Positions 9,625 to 20,152 of a DNA stretch of 64,000 nucleotides are shown piece after piece. A model generated the notes under the pieces. That model did no database searches. It was not told the origin of the DNA and worked only from the letters and a program-made list of their open reading frames with translations. How positions within the stretch are numbered: position 1 is the stretch's first letter; each line of letters starts with the position of its first letter. The translations under genes and the position numbers were made by a program. Origin of the DNA: Candidatus Poribacteria bacterium (lineage in GTDB: Bacteria > Poribacteria > WGA-4E > WGA-3G); contig OZ246958.1 of NCBI GenBank assembly GCA_965232115.1, forward strand, positions 4,098,841 through 4,162,840, written 5' to 3'.

Positions 9625-10859
9625 CTCTTATACTCTTGAAATTCACAGTAACTCTGATACCGAAACTCTGAGATGTCCCCTGTTTTCAGGGCAGCCTGCA
9701 CCGCACAACCTTCCTCATGAACATGCGTACAGGCACCTTTGACGCAACGTTCTCGGAGTGAATTTATTTCTGGGAAATAGCGGTCCATTAAACGAGATTC
9801 GATGTCCCAAAAGTGCAACTCGCGAAGCCCCGGTGTATCGGCGATAAAACCGCCGAAATCCAAATTGTAAAGTTGGGTTGAAACGGTCGTGTGTCTTCCG
9901 CCTCGTCTCGGGTTCACCGCGTTCGTCTTCAATTTCAAACCGGGTTGAATAGCATTCAAAAGCGAAGATTTCCCGACCCCCGATAATCCAGTGAGTGCCG
10001 AAATCTTTCCTTTCATCCACGCTTTCAAATCCTCTATTCCCTCGCCAGTCGTTGCGCTTGTAAGGATTGTTCGATACCCGATTCTCTCGTAGACTGCGGT
10101 TATCGAATCCACTTCCGCTCGGTCTTTAAGCATATCAATTTTATTGAAACAGATAAGTGGCTCAATCCCCGACGCTTCGGCAATAACGAGGAATTTGTCC
10201 AGCATTCGCTGCCAGATTGGAGGCTCTTTTACAGAAGAAACAATAACCAGTCCATCGAGATTTGGAATGCGAATAACCCCTTTAGATTGTGTTCCTTTGC
10301 GTTTATATTCGCTTTTGCGCCGCATGACGGCTGCAATCGTACCATGGGTTTCATCAATCACCTGAATTTTGACGCGGTCCCCAACATAAACCTGTTGATT
10401 TGTGCTAAATGCATCCCGTTTTCCGCGCAGCGAACATTGATATTGATCTGTATCGCACTGCACAATGTAAACACCGTTGCTTGCTCGCGTCACAATACCT
10501 TCGGGAAGTCCAACCAACTTTTCATTATCGAAGAGGTAACCCGTCCGTTTGAGAAGCTCTTCGTCCGGTATAATGCGTGCGCCTTTGATCGCGCTGAGAC
10601 GCCTGACCCGATCTTTGACAAGCATCTTCTCTGATTTGAGCAGCAAAGCAACAACGACGGGTTTATCCGTGTCGTTGTCGAGTGCATTCTCAGCATCCCG
10701 AATCGCTGGGTTCATACCAATATAAACCCGGCGATAGGTAACACACTCCCGCCAATCAAAAGCCGCGTAATCGCCCGCGATAATCTTTTGTGCTTCACTT
10801 AAAGTTGTGCCTGCGTAAACGGACATTGCCATAGGTTGCAGTTCCCTCAATAAAGGCAT
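9621..10859 (-). CDS. rsgA: ribosome small-subunit-dependent GTPase A (RsgA/YjeQ); the annotated start may be too far upstream
   Basis: OB-fold, then a circularly permuted GTPase (G4 NKIDM, G1 GLSGVGKSSLLNA, G3 DTPG), then a C-terminal Zn-finger C..C.H..C. An internal Met at ~10625 would give the usual ~330-aa length. Confidence 0.85.
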   Translation of the reverse strand: MPLLRELQPMAMSVYAGTTLSEAQKIIAGDYAAFDWRECVTYRRVYIGMNPAIRDAENALDNDTDKPVVVALLLKSEKMLVKDRVRRLSAIKGARIIPDEELLKRTGYLFDNEKLVGLPEGIVTRASNGVYIVQCDTDQYQCSLRGKRDAFSTNQQVYVGDRVKIQVIDETHGTIAAVMRRKSEYKRKGTQSKGVIRIPNLDGLVIVSSVKEPPIWQRMLDKFLVIAEASGIEPLICFNKIDMLKDRAEVDSITAVYERIGYRTILTSATTGEGIEDLKAWMKGKISALTGLSGVGKSSLLNAIQPGLKLKTNAVNPRRGGRHTTVSTQLYNLDFGGFIADTPGLRELHFWDIESRLMDRYFPEINSLRERCVKGACTHVHEEGCAVQAALKTGDISEFRYQSYCEFQEYKR

Positions 10860-11057
10860 TAAGATATGATAAAACGTGATAATCCTTCACCTACATACAA
10901 TTTTGGATGCACTTTAGGAGGCCTCATGTGAACAATCCAAAGTTCTTTTTTCTTGACGTGTTTCACGAAATTGGTTATTCTCTTACTAAATGAGCAATTG
11001 ATCGAATGCGGTAGAAGGATCCATCGAATCATTTTATTCAGGATAAGGAGAATATCC

Positions 11058-12137
11058 ATGAAAACGTATCGTGCCGCTGTTATTGGTTGTAGCCGGATGG
11101 GGGCATTTATTGATAACGAAGTCCCCGATTACGAAGCGATTAAGTTGCCGTATTCCCACGCTGCAGGCTTTTTTGCCGAAGAACGAACCGACCTTGTCAC
11201 ATGTGCCGATCTGCGCCCCGAAGTCATGGAACATTTCGGAAACCGATACAATGTCCCAAAAGCGAATCAATACACCGATTATCGTGAGATGCTGGAAAAA
11301 GAACAACCCGATATCGTCAGCGTTGCCACACAACCGGAGCATCGCGCAGAAATCGTTATCTATGCAGCAGAACACGGTGTAAAAGCCATTTATGCAGAAA
11401 AGGCGATGGCGGCTTCTATGGACGAGGCAGCAGCAATGGTGTCTGCGGTAGAACAAAACAATGTCGCCTTTAACCTCGGTACAAATCGCCGGTGGCATAC
11501 AGGCTTTGACAAGATGAAAGAGATTATTGACAGTGGCGAAATTGGTAAACTACGCACCTTGATTATCTATTCAAACGCTACACTTTTCAACTCAGCCAGC
11601 CATCACTTTGACTTAATTTTACGTTTGAATAGCGACGCGCCTGCAAGTTGGATCACAGGCTATCTGCCACAAGGCGATTCGGTTTTTGATGGGAATGAGC
11701 TGCGAGCCGATCCGTCCGGTGGCGGAACAATCCAGTTTGAAAATGGTGTGACGGCACACGCACTACTAACGCCACGGGGTAGTGAATGGGAAGCGATTTG
11801 TGATAGAGGAACGGTTACCTGCTGGAACAACGGTTGGCAGTGGCATCTCCGCAAACAACAAGATGTACCCGGGTGGCGGAACTGTCAGGTTCCCGAAACT
11901 TTTCCTGAATTTGAACGGACCAGTAGCACAGCAAATTTGATTAAAGACCTCGTTCACGCATTAGATACTGGGGAACCGCCCCGAGGCGGTGTTCGGTGCG
12001 CGTATGCCAGCACTGAACTGATTTTTGGTATCATTGAATCACATCTACACAACGGCGCACGTATTGAACTCCCGTTGAAAGACTCAAAAGTCCGTTTACA
12101 AAGAAATCCAACTGCCAGACAACCACGGGTTGAGTAA
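11058..12137 (+). CDS. Gfo/Idh/MocA-family NAD(P)-dependent oxidoreductase
   Basis: MKTYRAAVIGCSRMGAF Rossmann start with a GGAG RBS. EKP-like region ...YAEKAMA. 360 aa. Confidence 0.75.
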   Translation: MKTYRAAVIGCSRMGAFIDNEVPDYEAIKLPYSHAAGFFAEERTDLVTCADLRPEVMEHFGNRYNVPKANQYTDYREMLEKEQPDIVSVATQPEHRAEIVIYAAEHGVKAIYAEKAMAASMDEAAAMVSAVEQNNVAFNLGTNRRWHTGFDKMKEIIDSGEIGKLRTLIIYSNATLFNSASHHFDLILRLNSDAPASWITGYLPQGDSVFDGNELRADPSGGGTIQFENGVTAHALLTPRGSEWEAICDRGTVTCWNNGWQWHLRKQQDVPGWRNCQVPETFPEFERTSSTANLIKDLVHALDTGEPPRGGVRCAYASTELIFGIIESHLHNGARIELPLKDSKVRLQRNPTARQPRVE

Positions 12138-12148
12138 CCATTTTGGCA

Positions 12149-13105
12149 TCAATCAAGACTTTCAAGGGATGCATGCCGAATGCTATCTAACTCTTCCGCA
12201 CTGAAAACGCCTGCGCGGTAGAGGTTCTGATACTCTTCGGAGACGCTCTGCCCGAATATCATCAGGTCGTCTGTGTTGATCGTCACTGGCACGCCGTTAT
12301 CAAATAAAATGCGAATGGGGTGTGAGGCGAGATCTGACACGCCATCTAACATCACGTTGCTCGTTGGACAGACATTTAACTGAATCTGATTCTGCGAAAG
12401 CCACCGCATCACTTCAATCGATTCAGCGGCAGCAATACCGTGTTGGACCTCGTCTAAGTCGAGGACTTCGACGGTTCGTCGTACCTCTTCCGCATCCCCA
12501 AACTCACCGACGTGTGCTTTCAGTTTCATTCCGGCAGCACGTGCCTTGGTATATAAAGACTGGACGGCTTCAGGCGTACATGCTTCTTCATAACTATACA
12601 GATCAATGGATCGAAACAACCCCAATTCGACGGCTTCATGCGCCAATGCCATCAATTTTGGATCATCAGCGTGTGTCCGAGGAAAACCGAGTTCCGGACG
12701 TAGATCAACTTGTATCCGATATTGCTCAACCAATGCTTCAAGAAAGGGCCGCACCCCAACTAACTCATCGGGATAGTATTCAGCCAACCGAATGTCAAAA
12801 CTCATCTCAAGCACAACAACGCCATCCTGTATTGCGTCCTTTATCCCTGACGATGCGACAAACTTAAAACTTTTGGGAGTTATTATGTGATCGCTTAAAA
12901 CTGCGTTTACGTATGCCATCATCCCCTCCAGTCCTTTCATCTTAGAAGGGGGACGTTCTAAGGAATACCCTAACCAATGTTCCAGATTTTCTAATCGTGT
13001 ACTTAAAAAAGCGTGAGAGTGAAGGTCAGTTTTAGGGGCTGCCTTTATAGCGGTCAAGTTATCTGTAGAGAGTGCTTCAATGAAATTCATAAAGATAATA
13101 TCCAA
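12149..13105 (-). CDS. adenosine/AMP-deaminase-family metallo-hydrolase
   Basis: HSH near the N-terminus, then HVGE, HG and TINTDD motifs, in the order seen in adenosine deaminase. Confidence 0.7.
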   Translation of the reverse strand: MDIIFMNFIEALSTDNLTAIKAAPKTDLHSHAFLSTRLENLEHWLGYSLERPPSKMKGLEGMMAYVNAVLSDHIITPKSFKFVASSGIKDAIQDGVVVLEMSFDIRLAEYYPDELVGVRPFLEALVEQYRIQVDLRPELGFPRTHADDPKLMALAHEAVELGLFRSIDLYSYEEACTPEAVQSLYTKARAAGMKLKAHVGEFGDAEEVRRTVEVLDLDEVQHGIAAAESIEVMRWLSQNQIQLNVCPTSNVMLDGVSDLASHPIRILFDNGVPVTINTDDLMIFGQSVSEEYQNLYRAGVFSAEELDSIRHASLESLD

Positions 13106-13146
13106 TTAACACAAGTTCGGTTGGTTGAGATATATCCTCTTCAATT

Positions 13147-13620
13147 TTATTCAACCATTTTTTTCATGTGGAAATGCGTTGGAGTTTCACCGACAATTGT
13201 AAATCCAAGTCTCTGGTAGAAGGCGGTACCACGGGTGTTGACTTTTAGCACCTGAAGTACTACAGGTTTCTGACGAAGACTGGCATCGTCAAGAATACGT
13301 GCCATACACGTAGAACCGATACCTCTTCCTTGGTATTCAGGCAGAATATAGAGTTGATTGACCTTGAGTGTATCGCGAGTAGGAGATGTCGCCAAGAAAC
13401 CGACATCAGTCCCACAAAACTGGATAATGCGATAATCTTGTGCAGCAAACCGTCTATCGTGTAGTTCCCGTTGATACCTATCATCCCAACCCCAGACCTG
13501 TTCCACATATTCTCGAAATGCCGCCTTCTTTACGGTAAAAATGAATTCACTGTCGCCCATATATGCTTTGCGAATCCTCAACGCCTCCACAATCGTATCT
13601 TCCTTTCTAAGTGGCATGTG
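13147..13620 (-). CDS. GNAT-family N-acetyltransferase
   Basis: QGRGIGSTCMARILD (motif A). The start at MPLRKED overlaps the stop of the upstream MTase by 4 nt. Confidence 0.7.
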   Translation of the reverse strand, partial: HMPLRKEDTIVEALRIRKAYMGDSEFIFTVKKAAFREYVEQVWGWDDRYQRELHDRRFAAQDYRIIQFCGTDVGFLATSPTRDTLKVNQLYILPEYQGRGIGSTCMARILDDASLRQKPVVLQVLKVNTRGTAFYQRLGFTIVGETPTHFHMKKMVE

Positions 13621-13622
13621 TC

Positions 13623-14417
13623 CTACATCTCTTTCTTCGCGACAACCGCAAAACTCACGTTGTAAGCCATTTGATGCGCCCAACTCCCCGGTGTCGCTTC
13701 AATGTCTGGTTGGGTCCAAGGACGTTCCTCAACATGCTCAATCCGAAATCCGTTCTCCAAGAGTCCGTTGAATATATCACTCAGATAGTGCCGGAAATCG
13801 AATGCCCCGTCTGAATACCTATAAACCCGTTCAGAATACGGCTCCGTGACACGATAGTACTCACCATCCCATTCCAAGGAATGATTGGCAGGGTTGCCAA
13901 AATCTACGCGATACCAACCCCCTGGACGGATGATTCTTGATACGCCTGTATAGATTTCATGAACCGACGGCACCCAACTCATAGAAGGTCCCTGATAGAC
14001 GAAATCAAACGATGCGTCCTCAATTGCAGACAGGTCCCGCATGTTGAGGCGAAGCGTTTTTACCGGATAGCCGTAATGCTTTGCAGCGGTTACATCTCCG
14101 TCAAGCTGCCCTTGTGTAAAATCAATCACAGTCACATTGGCATCAAGCAGCCCAAAGACTGCCGACTGCTGCCCGCCCCCTGCCGCAAGACACAACACGT
14201 CTTTGTCAGCAACATCTTTGAGTAGAGATGCCGGGTAGATTTGGTAGAGTTCATAAGAAATCGGGTCAAGCTGCCCCTCAGCATACTTTAGAATATCATC
14301 TCTATTCAGGTCGAGCCAAGGTACAGTAAAGCCGCCTTTTTTTAGGACTTCGGCTTCCCAACGCGCTCGGTTTGCAATTGTAATTTCGTCATTCATACCA
14401 TCACACTCTCTATCCAC
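13623..14417 (-). CDS. class I SAM-dependent methyltransferase
   Basis: VLCLAAGGGQQS motif I. 264 aa. Confidence 0.7.
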   Translation of the reverse strand: MDRECDGMNDEITIANRARWEAEVLKKGGFTVPWLDLNRDDILKYAEGQLDPISYELYQIYPASLLKDVADKDVLCLAAGGGQQSAVFGLLDANVTVIDFTQGQLDGDVTAAKHYGYPVKTLRLNMRDLSAIEDASFDFVYQGPSMSWVPSVHEIYTGVSRIIRPGGWYRVDFGNPANHSLEWDGEYYRVTEPYSERVYRYSDGAFDFRHYLSDIFNGLLENGFRIEHVEERPWTQPDIEATPGSWAHQMAYNVSFAVVAKKEM

Positions 14418-15559
14418 GCCTCATCAATTTCGAGACCGAAACCGGGGGCATCTGATGGCGCGACGTAGCCGTCTTTGATGACTGAAGTGCCGGGCAATTT
14501 AACCATCTCTTCGAGAGGAACACCGGGCGGAGAGACACCTTCAGAACGTTCACCCCATGTAATCGCAGGCATCGCAAATGCGAGATGCTGACCGTAAGGA
14601 TAATTCATTCCGGCGTGTGTAATCACAGAGATACCGTTTGCCTCCGCAATATGGCAAATTTTAGCTGCAGCAGTAATCCCACCACACCACAAAACATCGG
14701 GTTGAAAGATGTCAACGAGTCGTCTCCCTGCTGCTGCCGCAAAAACGGTTGGTAGATACCAGTGTTCTCCCGTCGCGAGCGTCTGCCACGGAAGTCGTTG
14801 ACGGACTGTTTCATAACCGACAAAATCATCAGGTGGAATGTAATCCTCCATCCACTTCAGACCGTAAGGCTTCAGAGTCTCACAGACGCGCACGGTATGT
14901 TCCAAATCAAACCCTGTCCAAGAATCCAACATTAAATCAACCTTATCGCCAATTGCTTCCCGTGTGGTTGCGACCAATTCTTCGAGTTTCCGCAAGCCTT
15001 CTAATCCGTGTATCGGCCCCCACGGTGTGAAGAGTTTTGTCGCTTTGAAGCCGAGCTCCATATACCATTCCTGATCGAAACCGGAGGCGTAGCAGAAAAT
15101 CTTTTCCTTTTGGGGGCCGCCGAGCAGCTCATAAACCGGTCTCTTTAGGATTTTGCCTTTGAGGTCCCAGAGGGCACAATCAACAGCACTGATGGCGTAA
15201 CTCGTCAAGCCGGTGGCACCGAAGGCAGCGCAAGATCGCACCATCAAGTCCCACAATTTTTCAGTCGCCATGCAATTTTCACCAACGAGCCGCGGAGCAA
15301 AGTGATCGTTAATGATTCGGGTTACAGGACCGCCATAAAGCGAGAGACCGAAACCCCACGTGCCGTCTTCTGCTGTTACAATGCAGGCAGGTCGGCTCCA
15401 TCCCGAACCGGAGACATGTTCGCCTCTTCTGTCGGCTGCGGCATAACGGGTTACCGGACGATTCATTGGAAATTGTCTGGCGCGACTCGGTGTGCGCGGC
15501 GTTGTTGTCGGTTTTGGGTTCAGTTCAATTTCTACGGCGCGAATTTCTTTAATGTTCAT
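14393..15559 (-). CDS. enolase-superfamily enzyme (mandelate racemase/muconate-lactonizing/acid-sugar dehydratase type)
   Basis: Capping domain plus TIM-barrel with KxK..D..E..D..H-like spacing (VDLMLDSW..., EDYIPPDD). 388 aa. Confidence 0.65.
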   Translation of the reverse strand: MNIKEIRAVEIELNPKPTTTPRTPSRARQFPMNRPVTRYAAADRRGEHVSGSGWSRPACIVTAEDGTWGFGLSLYGGPVTRIINDHFAPRLVGENCMATEKLWDLMVRSCAAFGATGLTSYAISAVDCALWDLKGKILKRPVYELLGGPQKEKIFCYASGFDQEWYMELGFKATKLFTPWGPIHGLEGLRKLEELVATTREAIGDKVDLMLDSWTGFDLEHTVRVCETLKPYGLKWMEDYIPPDDFVGYETVRQRLPWQTLATGEHWYLPTVFAAAAGRRLVDIFQPDVLWCGGITAAAKICHIAEANGISVITHAGMNYPYGQHLAFAMPAITWGERSEGVSPPGVPLEEMVKLPGTSVIKDGYVAPSDAPGFGLEIDEAWIESVMV

Positions 15560-15782
15560 AGAATCTCCTTGCTACATGGACAGGATTATAAACTTAGCAA
15601 TTCTGTTACATATATGGCAACTTAGGACTTAAGGGGACGATTCTGAAATATCCAAGTTTAATATACAACATCATCGGAGAAATCGCAACGGAGAAATTTG
15701 CGATCAGGAAATTTTACGTGCCTCAAGATCCACAAATAGATTGAAGCGGTCAGGCCTATAGTGTTTAGGCGAATCAGGTAAA

Positions 15783-16667
15783 TTAGGATCGATCTACCGA
15801 GTTCTTTACCCATTGGTAGGTGCGCCCAATTTGAAAGACGAGCAGTCCAAACTCAATCTTCTCTGTAATCGCAGGGTCGTCTGTCTGATAGTACTTCAGA
15901 ACCACATCAATAACCTTTTTGGCAACAATGCCATCAGGCGGTAAATCTGAGTACATCTCTATAGCGAACTCAGATAGATCTATCGCTGGATCGTGCAGCA
16001 AGGCATCAGCCCAATCAATAATGGCGGGGTGTTCAAGATTTTCCTGTACAAAAAACAGATGGTTTATTTGGAGATCTGTGTGAACGACAGTCCATCTCTG
16101 GTTTAGATGCTCTTGTAGGTTTTCCAGCTTTTCACGCCATCGGCTTGTATAGATTTCCGTGATATTTTCTGCAATAAACGCGAGTTTTTGCCGTGTGTCC
16201 CGAATTGCCACTGCGAAAGGATCGGTAGCATGTGGGATGTGGTCTAAAACCGCATCTGGAAATTTGTGATTGTGTAGAAAGGTGAGAGCGGTACCGAGAG
16301 ATTTGCCAAAGGATTCTAATTCTCTGGTGGTAAATGTCTCAAGTGCTTTTATGGGTAGTGAAGAACCGTTGATTCTTGAAAACATCGCATAGAATCCCTC
16401 GTCGTGTCCTATGATCGGTTTAGCGACAGTGAAAGGCATCAATAATGTATGCAGGTACTCTGTGAGTTCAACTTCCTTTAGAAGCCTGGCTCGGTAGGCA
16501 TTGCGCGCAATCTTGAGGATAGCATCGTCGCGGTAGTAGAAGGTAAAACTATCACCACCACGGTGGCGGTTGGATATAGGTTTTAGATATTCAACAGATA
16601 TGTCTGGAGCGAACCTTTTAAGAAAATCGCACACATTGTCTGCTGTGATCTTAGTTGTTTGATTCAT
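15783..16667 (-). CDS. phosphotransferase-family protein (APH/choline-kinase-like)
   Basis: VVHTDLQINHLFF...IDWADA matches the catalytic HxDxxxxN ... DW motif pair of aminoglycoside/small-molecule kinases. Confidence 0.7.
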   Translation of the reverse strand: MNQTTKITADNVCDFLKRFAPDISVEYLKPISNRHRGGDSFTFYYRDDAILKIARNAYRARLLKEVELTEYLHTLLMPFTVAKPIIGHDEGFYAMFSRINGSSLPIKALETFTTRELESFGKSLGTALTFLHNHKFPDAVLDHIPHATDPFAVAIRDTRQKLAFIAENITEIYTSRWREKLENLQEHLNQRWTVVHTDLQINHLFFVQENLEHPAIIDWADALLHDPAIDLSEFAIEMYSDLPPDGIVAKKVIDVVLKYYQTDDPAITEKIEFGLLVFQIGRTYQWVKNSVDRS

Positions 16668-16680
16668 CTGTTATAGGCAT

Positions 16681-17574
16681 TCATCGGTTTTCAAGCTCGC
16701 GATAGGCTTTCAGCAATGCCTCTTGAACGTTTAGAAACTCAAGATAGCCGGGCGGTAACGGATATTTTGCAACGTCAAAAGGTTTAAGTGGATTGTCAAT
16801 TTTCTGTCTGACAAAGGTATAGAGTGCTTTCTGTTCGTCTGTTGCTTCAGTTGTCTGTTCAAACGGAATGCCACAATCATTCCGCCATAGGTGAGGCTCA
16901 ACCACATCAACCATCTTCTGAATCGGTGAAACTCGCTTCCGAAATCTCAAGTTGAGGAATTTAGCCAACCTCTCAGCCTGACTGTATGGATTACGCACAA
17001 TATCTTCATAACCCAGAAAGAGCTGGTGTGGTGCATCTTCTGTGTGCTGCAGGATTTGCGTCATCATACACTGCCAACGGAGCAAGTTCATCGCAACAAA
17101 AGAGATACGGACCTTCACATTAGATGGCATAATGAACTTTTGCCATGAGACTGCTGTGTCAAGTGGATTGCGAACTGTGATTATATAAATCGGATTGCCC
17201 CATATCTGTTTCCAAAACGGCAAAAAATGACTGAGCGCGGGATCTTTCCAGAACCAAGGATCTCCGTTGTGCATTTCAGCCATCAGTTCAGTGGCTTTCC
17301 TCCTATACACAGGGTCAGCAGCTCTTTCCTTCATTCGGTGTTGGAAATCAGGATCCCACCACGTCGCTCCCGTATCAAAATCCCCTAACTCGGCGAGTAA
17401 ATCCCACAACGGTTCGTATTCCCAATACCCTCTGGGAGCGTGCATATCGGCACTATGCAACTTTTCGGGAGGTCCCGCATACGCCCCCCATCTGTGCAGC
17501 ATCTCAGCAACAACAGATGTTCCACTGCGCTCTGCTCCCAGCACGATAATAGGGTAGGTTTCAGAATTGACCAT
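16681..17574 (-). CDS. sulfotransferase-family protein
   Basis: The N-terminal PAPS 5'-PSB-loop-like stretch IIVLGAERSGTSVVAEML is typical of bacterial sulfotransferases. Confidence 0.6.
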   Translation of the reverse strand: MVNSETYPIIVLGAERSGTSVVAEMLHRWGAYAGPPEKLHSADMHAPRGYWEYEPLWDLLAELGDFDTGATWWDPDFQHRMKERAADPVYRRKATELMAEMHNGDPWFWKDPALSHFLPFWKQIWGNPIYIITVRNPLDTAVSWQKFIMPSNVKVRISFVAMNLLRWQCMMTQILQHTEDAPHQLFLGYEDIVRNPYSQAERLAKFLNLRFRKRVSPIQKMVDVVEPHLWRNDCGIPFEQTTEATDEQKALYTFVRQKIDNPLKPFDVAKYPLPPGYLEFLNVQEALLKAYRELENR

Positions 17575-17792
17575 TCAAATGCCCAATACTCTTAGCCGAT
17601 GATACCTCATCCCAGCATGGCTTAAGAATTTTTCTTGTGCAAAACCTTTATTTCCTGTATCATAAAGGCTTATGAAGATGTGTTTTATTTTTTCAGATTC
17701 TGCTTGTTAAAGTATAGCATCCTTCGCCATTTTTCTGTAGTAAAATCGCCTCCTATTGATCTCGCAAATCATCCTTGATTGAGGAGAATAAC

Positions 17793-19322
17793 GTGAATTC
17801 AGATACCGTTCGGACGCTTAACACCGGCTCAGAACTGTTTGTAGACGATGCTCTGATTGCTTCCAAACGCGGCGTAAAACGCACGCTGCACCCATGCGTA
17901 AAGCACGATGTCTCCGTCCTTAAACCTGATCCTGAAAACCCGTGGGAGCATGGAGGACCCGACCAGTCAAGACGCGTCCACCTCTACGGCACCACGCTGT
18001 ACGATGCTGCGTATGGAAAATATCGCATGTGGTACATGTGTCGTATGGGACCGCACTGGCGGTTTGAAGCGAACGAGATTCCCGGACTTTATGTTCCGCG
18101 TCCTGACCGTAATCCGTCAACATACAGAGGACAAACACACGACGCTTATGGACGGAAGTTTGTCGAAAATGACCGCGGTGATCTCACGTGCTATGCTGAG
18201 AGTGACGACGGATTGACATGGACGAAACCGAACCTCAGACTCTTTGAATTCAATGGAAACCCAAACAATAATATCGTGTGGGACCTCCACGGGGCGTGCG
18301 TCTTCCATGATGACGATGAATCAGACCCGCAGAGACGGTATAAGATGATCGGCTTTTGCAGACGGTACCGCAACGTCTTCCTGCTCACGTCCCCGAACGG
18401 TATCCGATGGGACGACTCAGACTATTTGGAACCCGTTGCAGATCGGGATAATGAAGGGGCGTTCAATGTTATTTGGGATAAAAAAACAGAGATGTTCCGA
18501 GCTTATGCGCTAATCCGCGGAGATGACAAAGATGCCCGACGCATGATCGCATATACCGAAAGTCCGCGCTTAGAGGGACCGTGGAAACCGCTTGTGCCGA
18601 TGTTTGGTGCTACTGATGCGGACGACGAAATTGGCGTGCAGCGATACGACGCGGATCGTGCCGAAATCCACAATATGTCAGGTTTTCTTTATCATAACAT
18701 TTACATCGGTCTCGCTGGGGTGTTGTATGTGACAGGACCGGGTGCAGCGGAGCATGAAATTCCTGTTGACGGACCGATTGACGCGCAACTCGTTTGTAGC
18801 CGAGACGGATTTAACTGGGATTACACTGATTCGGACCGGACTCCACTTATTCCACGCGGTGAGCGCGGCACATTTGATTGCGGTATGATTATGGGAACGG
18901 CTATTGAACCAATCATCACCGACGATGAAATTCACTGGTATTATACAGGCACAGTCCACACGCACGGTGCCCAGATGAAGGACAGACATAAGGAAATCGG
19001 GCTTGCGAAGTGGCGGTTAGACGGCTTTGTCTCGCTTGACGCTGATGCGGAGGGTGGTATTGTTGAAACCGTGCCGTTGCAGATTCCGAACGGAGGGCTT
19101 GAGATTAATGCCGATGCGAGTGGTGGTCAGGTTAATGTTGAAGTGCTGACAGCCGATGGAAAGGTTCAACCCGGATTTTTGGTTGATGATTGTGTACCGT
19201 TGACAGCGGATAATGTCCGGCATACAGTGCAATGGAAATCGGCTACATTAGCAGATGCAGAACAACCGCTACGACTCCGTTTTGTGCTGAATCGGGCGAA
19301 ACTTTATGCGTTTCGCATTTAG
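17793..19322 (+). CDS. hypothetical protein, beta-propeller glycoside-hydrolase-like (GH43/32/130-type fold suggested)
   Basis: Repeated D-G-x-x-W blade signatures (DDGLTWTKP, SPNGIRWD, RDGFNWD, EGPWKP). GTG start with a GAGGAG RBS. Confidence 0.35.
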   Translation: MNSDTVRTLNTGSELFVDDALIASKRGVKRTLHPCVKHDVSVLKPDPENPWEHGGPDQSRRVHLYGTTLYDAAYGKYRMWYMCRMGPHWRFEANEIPGLYVPRPDRNPSTYRGQTHDAYGRKFVENDRGDLTCYAESDDGLTWTKPNLRLFEFNGNPNNNIVWDLHGACVFHDDDESDPQRRYKMIGFCRRYRNVFLLTSPNGIRWDDSDYLEPVADRDNEGAFNVIWDKKTEMFRAYALIRGDDKDARRMIAYTESPRLEGPWKPLVPMFGATDADDEIGVQRYDADRAEIHNMSGFLYHNIYIGLAGVLYVTGPGAAEHEIPVDGPIDAQLVCSRDGFNWDYTDSDRTPLIPRGERGTFDCGMIMGTAIEPIITDDEIHWYYTGTVHTHGAQMKDRHKEIGLAKWRLDGFVSLDADAEGGIVETVPLQIPNGGLEINADASGGQVNVEVLTADGKVQPGFLVDDCVPLTADNVRHTVQWKSATLADAEQPLRLRFVLNRAKLYAFRI

Positions 19323-19821
19323 TAATCACCCTACCGATTTAAATCCTTCCACCAAAAAGGTGCCTCGTGAAAGTGATGAAGAGAACCATCAACATGACCT
19401 CTGAGGTGTGTAGTGGTGAGGATCCGGCGGGTCCCGTCTGCGGAGACACATTATTGATGCCCAAATTTATATTTGTAGGTTCTCATGGTATATCAAGTCT
19501 CAAGTCTTTAACCCCTGTCAAGTGGGTAGGCAGACACATTGCCTTGCAGCAATGCTTGACATGTCTGCCAACTTGATATAAGAATTATACCACAATTTAG
19601 GTTAATTTGTCAACTCTATTTTCAACAACGTTTCATGCCGTCTTACATCCCCAAGCTGAAGCATGGGGCTTTAGACGGGGAAGTGGTAAAACCGACGGAA
19701 AGTTGCCTCATTTTCATTTTTAGTTATAAGTCATTCTACTTTTCTTGAAAAAAATGTGAATTTTTCAGAAAACTGAGGGTTGAATGCTGTTATAGAATTC
19801 TATCAGGAATTCCAAAAAACT

Positions 19822-19851
19822 TTGACATTCAAGGACAAAATGTGCTATAAT
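19822..19851 (+). promoter_or_regulatory. consensus sigma70-type promoter (TTGACA-18nt-TATAAT)
   Basis: TTGACA at 19822-19827 and TATAAT at 19846-19851. It lies ~300 nt upstream of the gene at 20153. Confidence 0.5.
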
Positions 19852-20152
19852 ACTTAACATACATAAATTTCAAAACAGGATTATCAAATGTTTTATCTGC
19901 CGCTTACCACGTTGATACATAAAAACCGCCTTTGCACATCGGTTGGTATTGGTGCTGTGCTGTGCGCTATTTCTATGTACCAGACAGGGGTGGGCTCATG
20001 AGTAGCAGATAAAAGGCTTTTGAAGTTACACAATACAACGCCCATCACTGAACATCATAAAATGGAGATTTCGGTGAGGGTGTTTCTTTTTTAAGACGAC
20101 AACCGAAGGCATTACGTTTGTAAGGAAGAAAAATGCTAAAAGAGGAGGAAAA

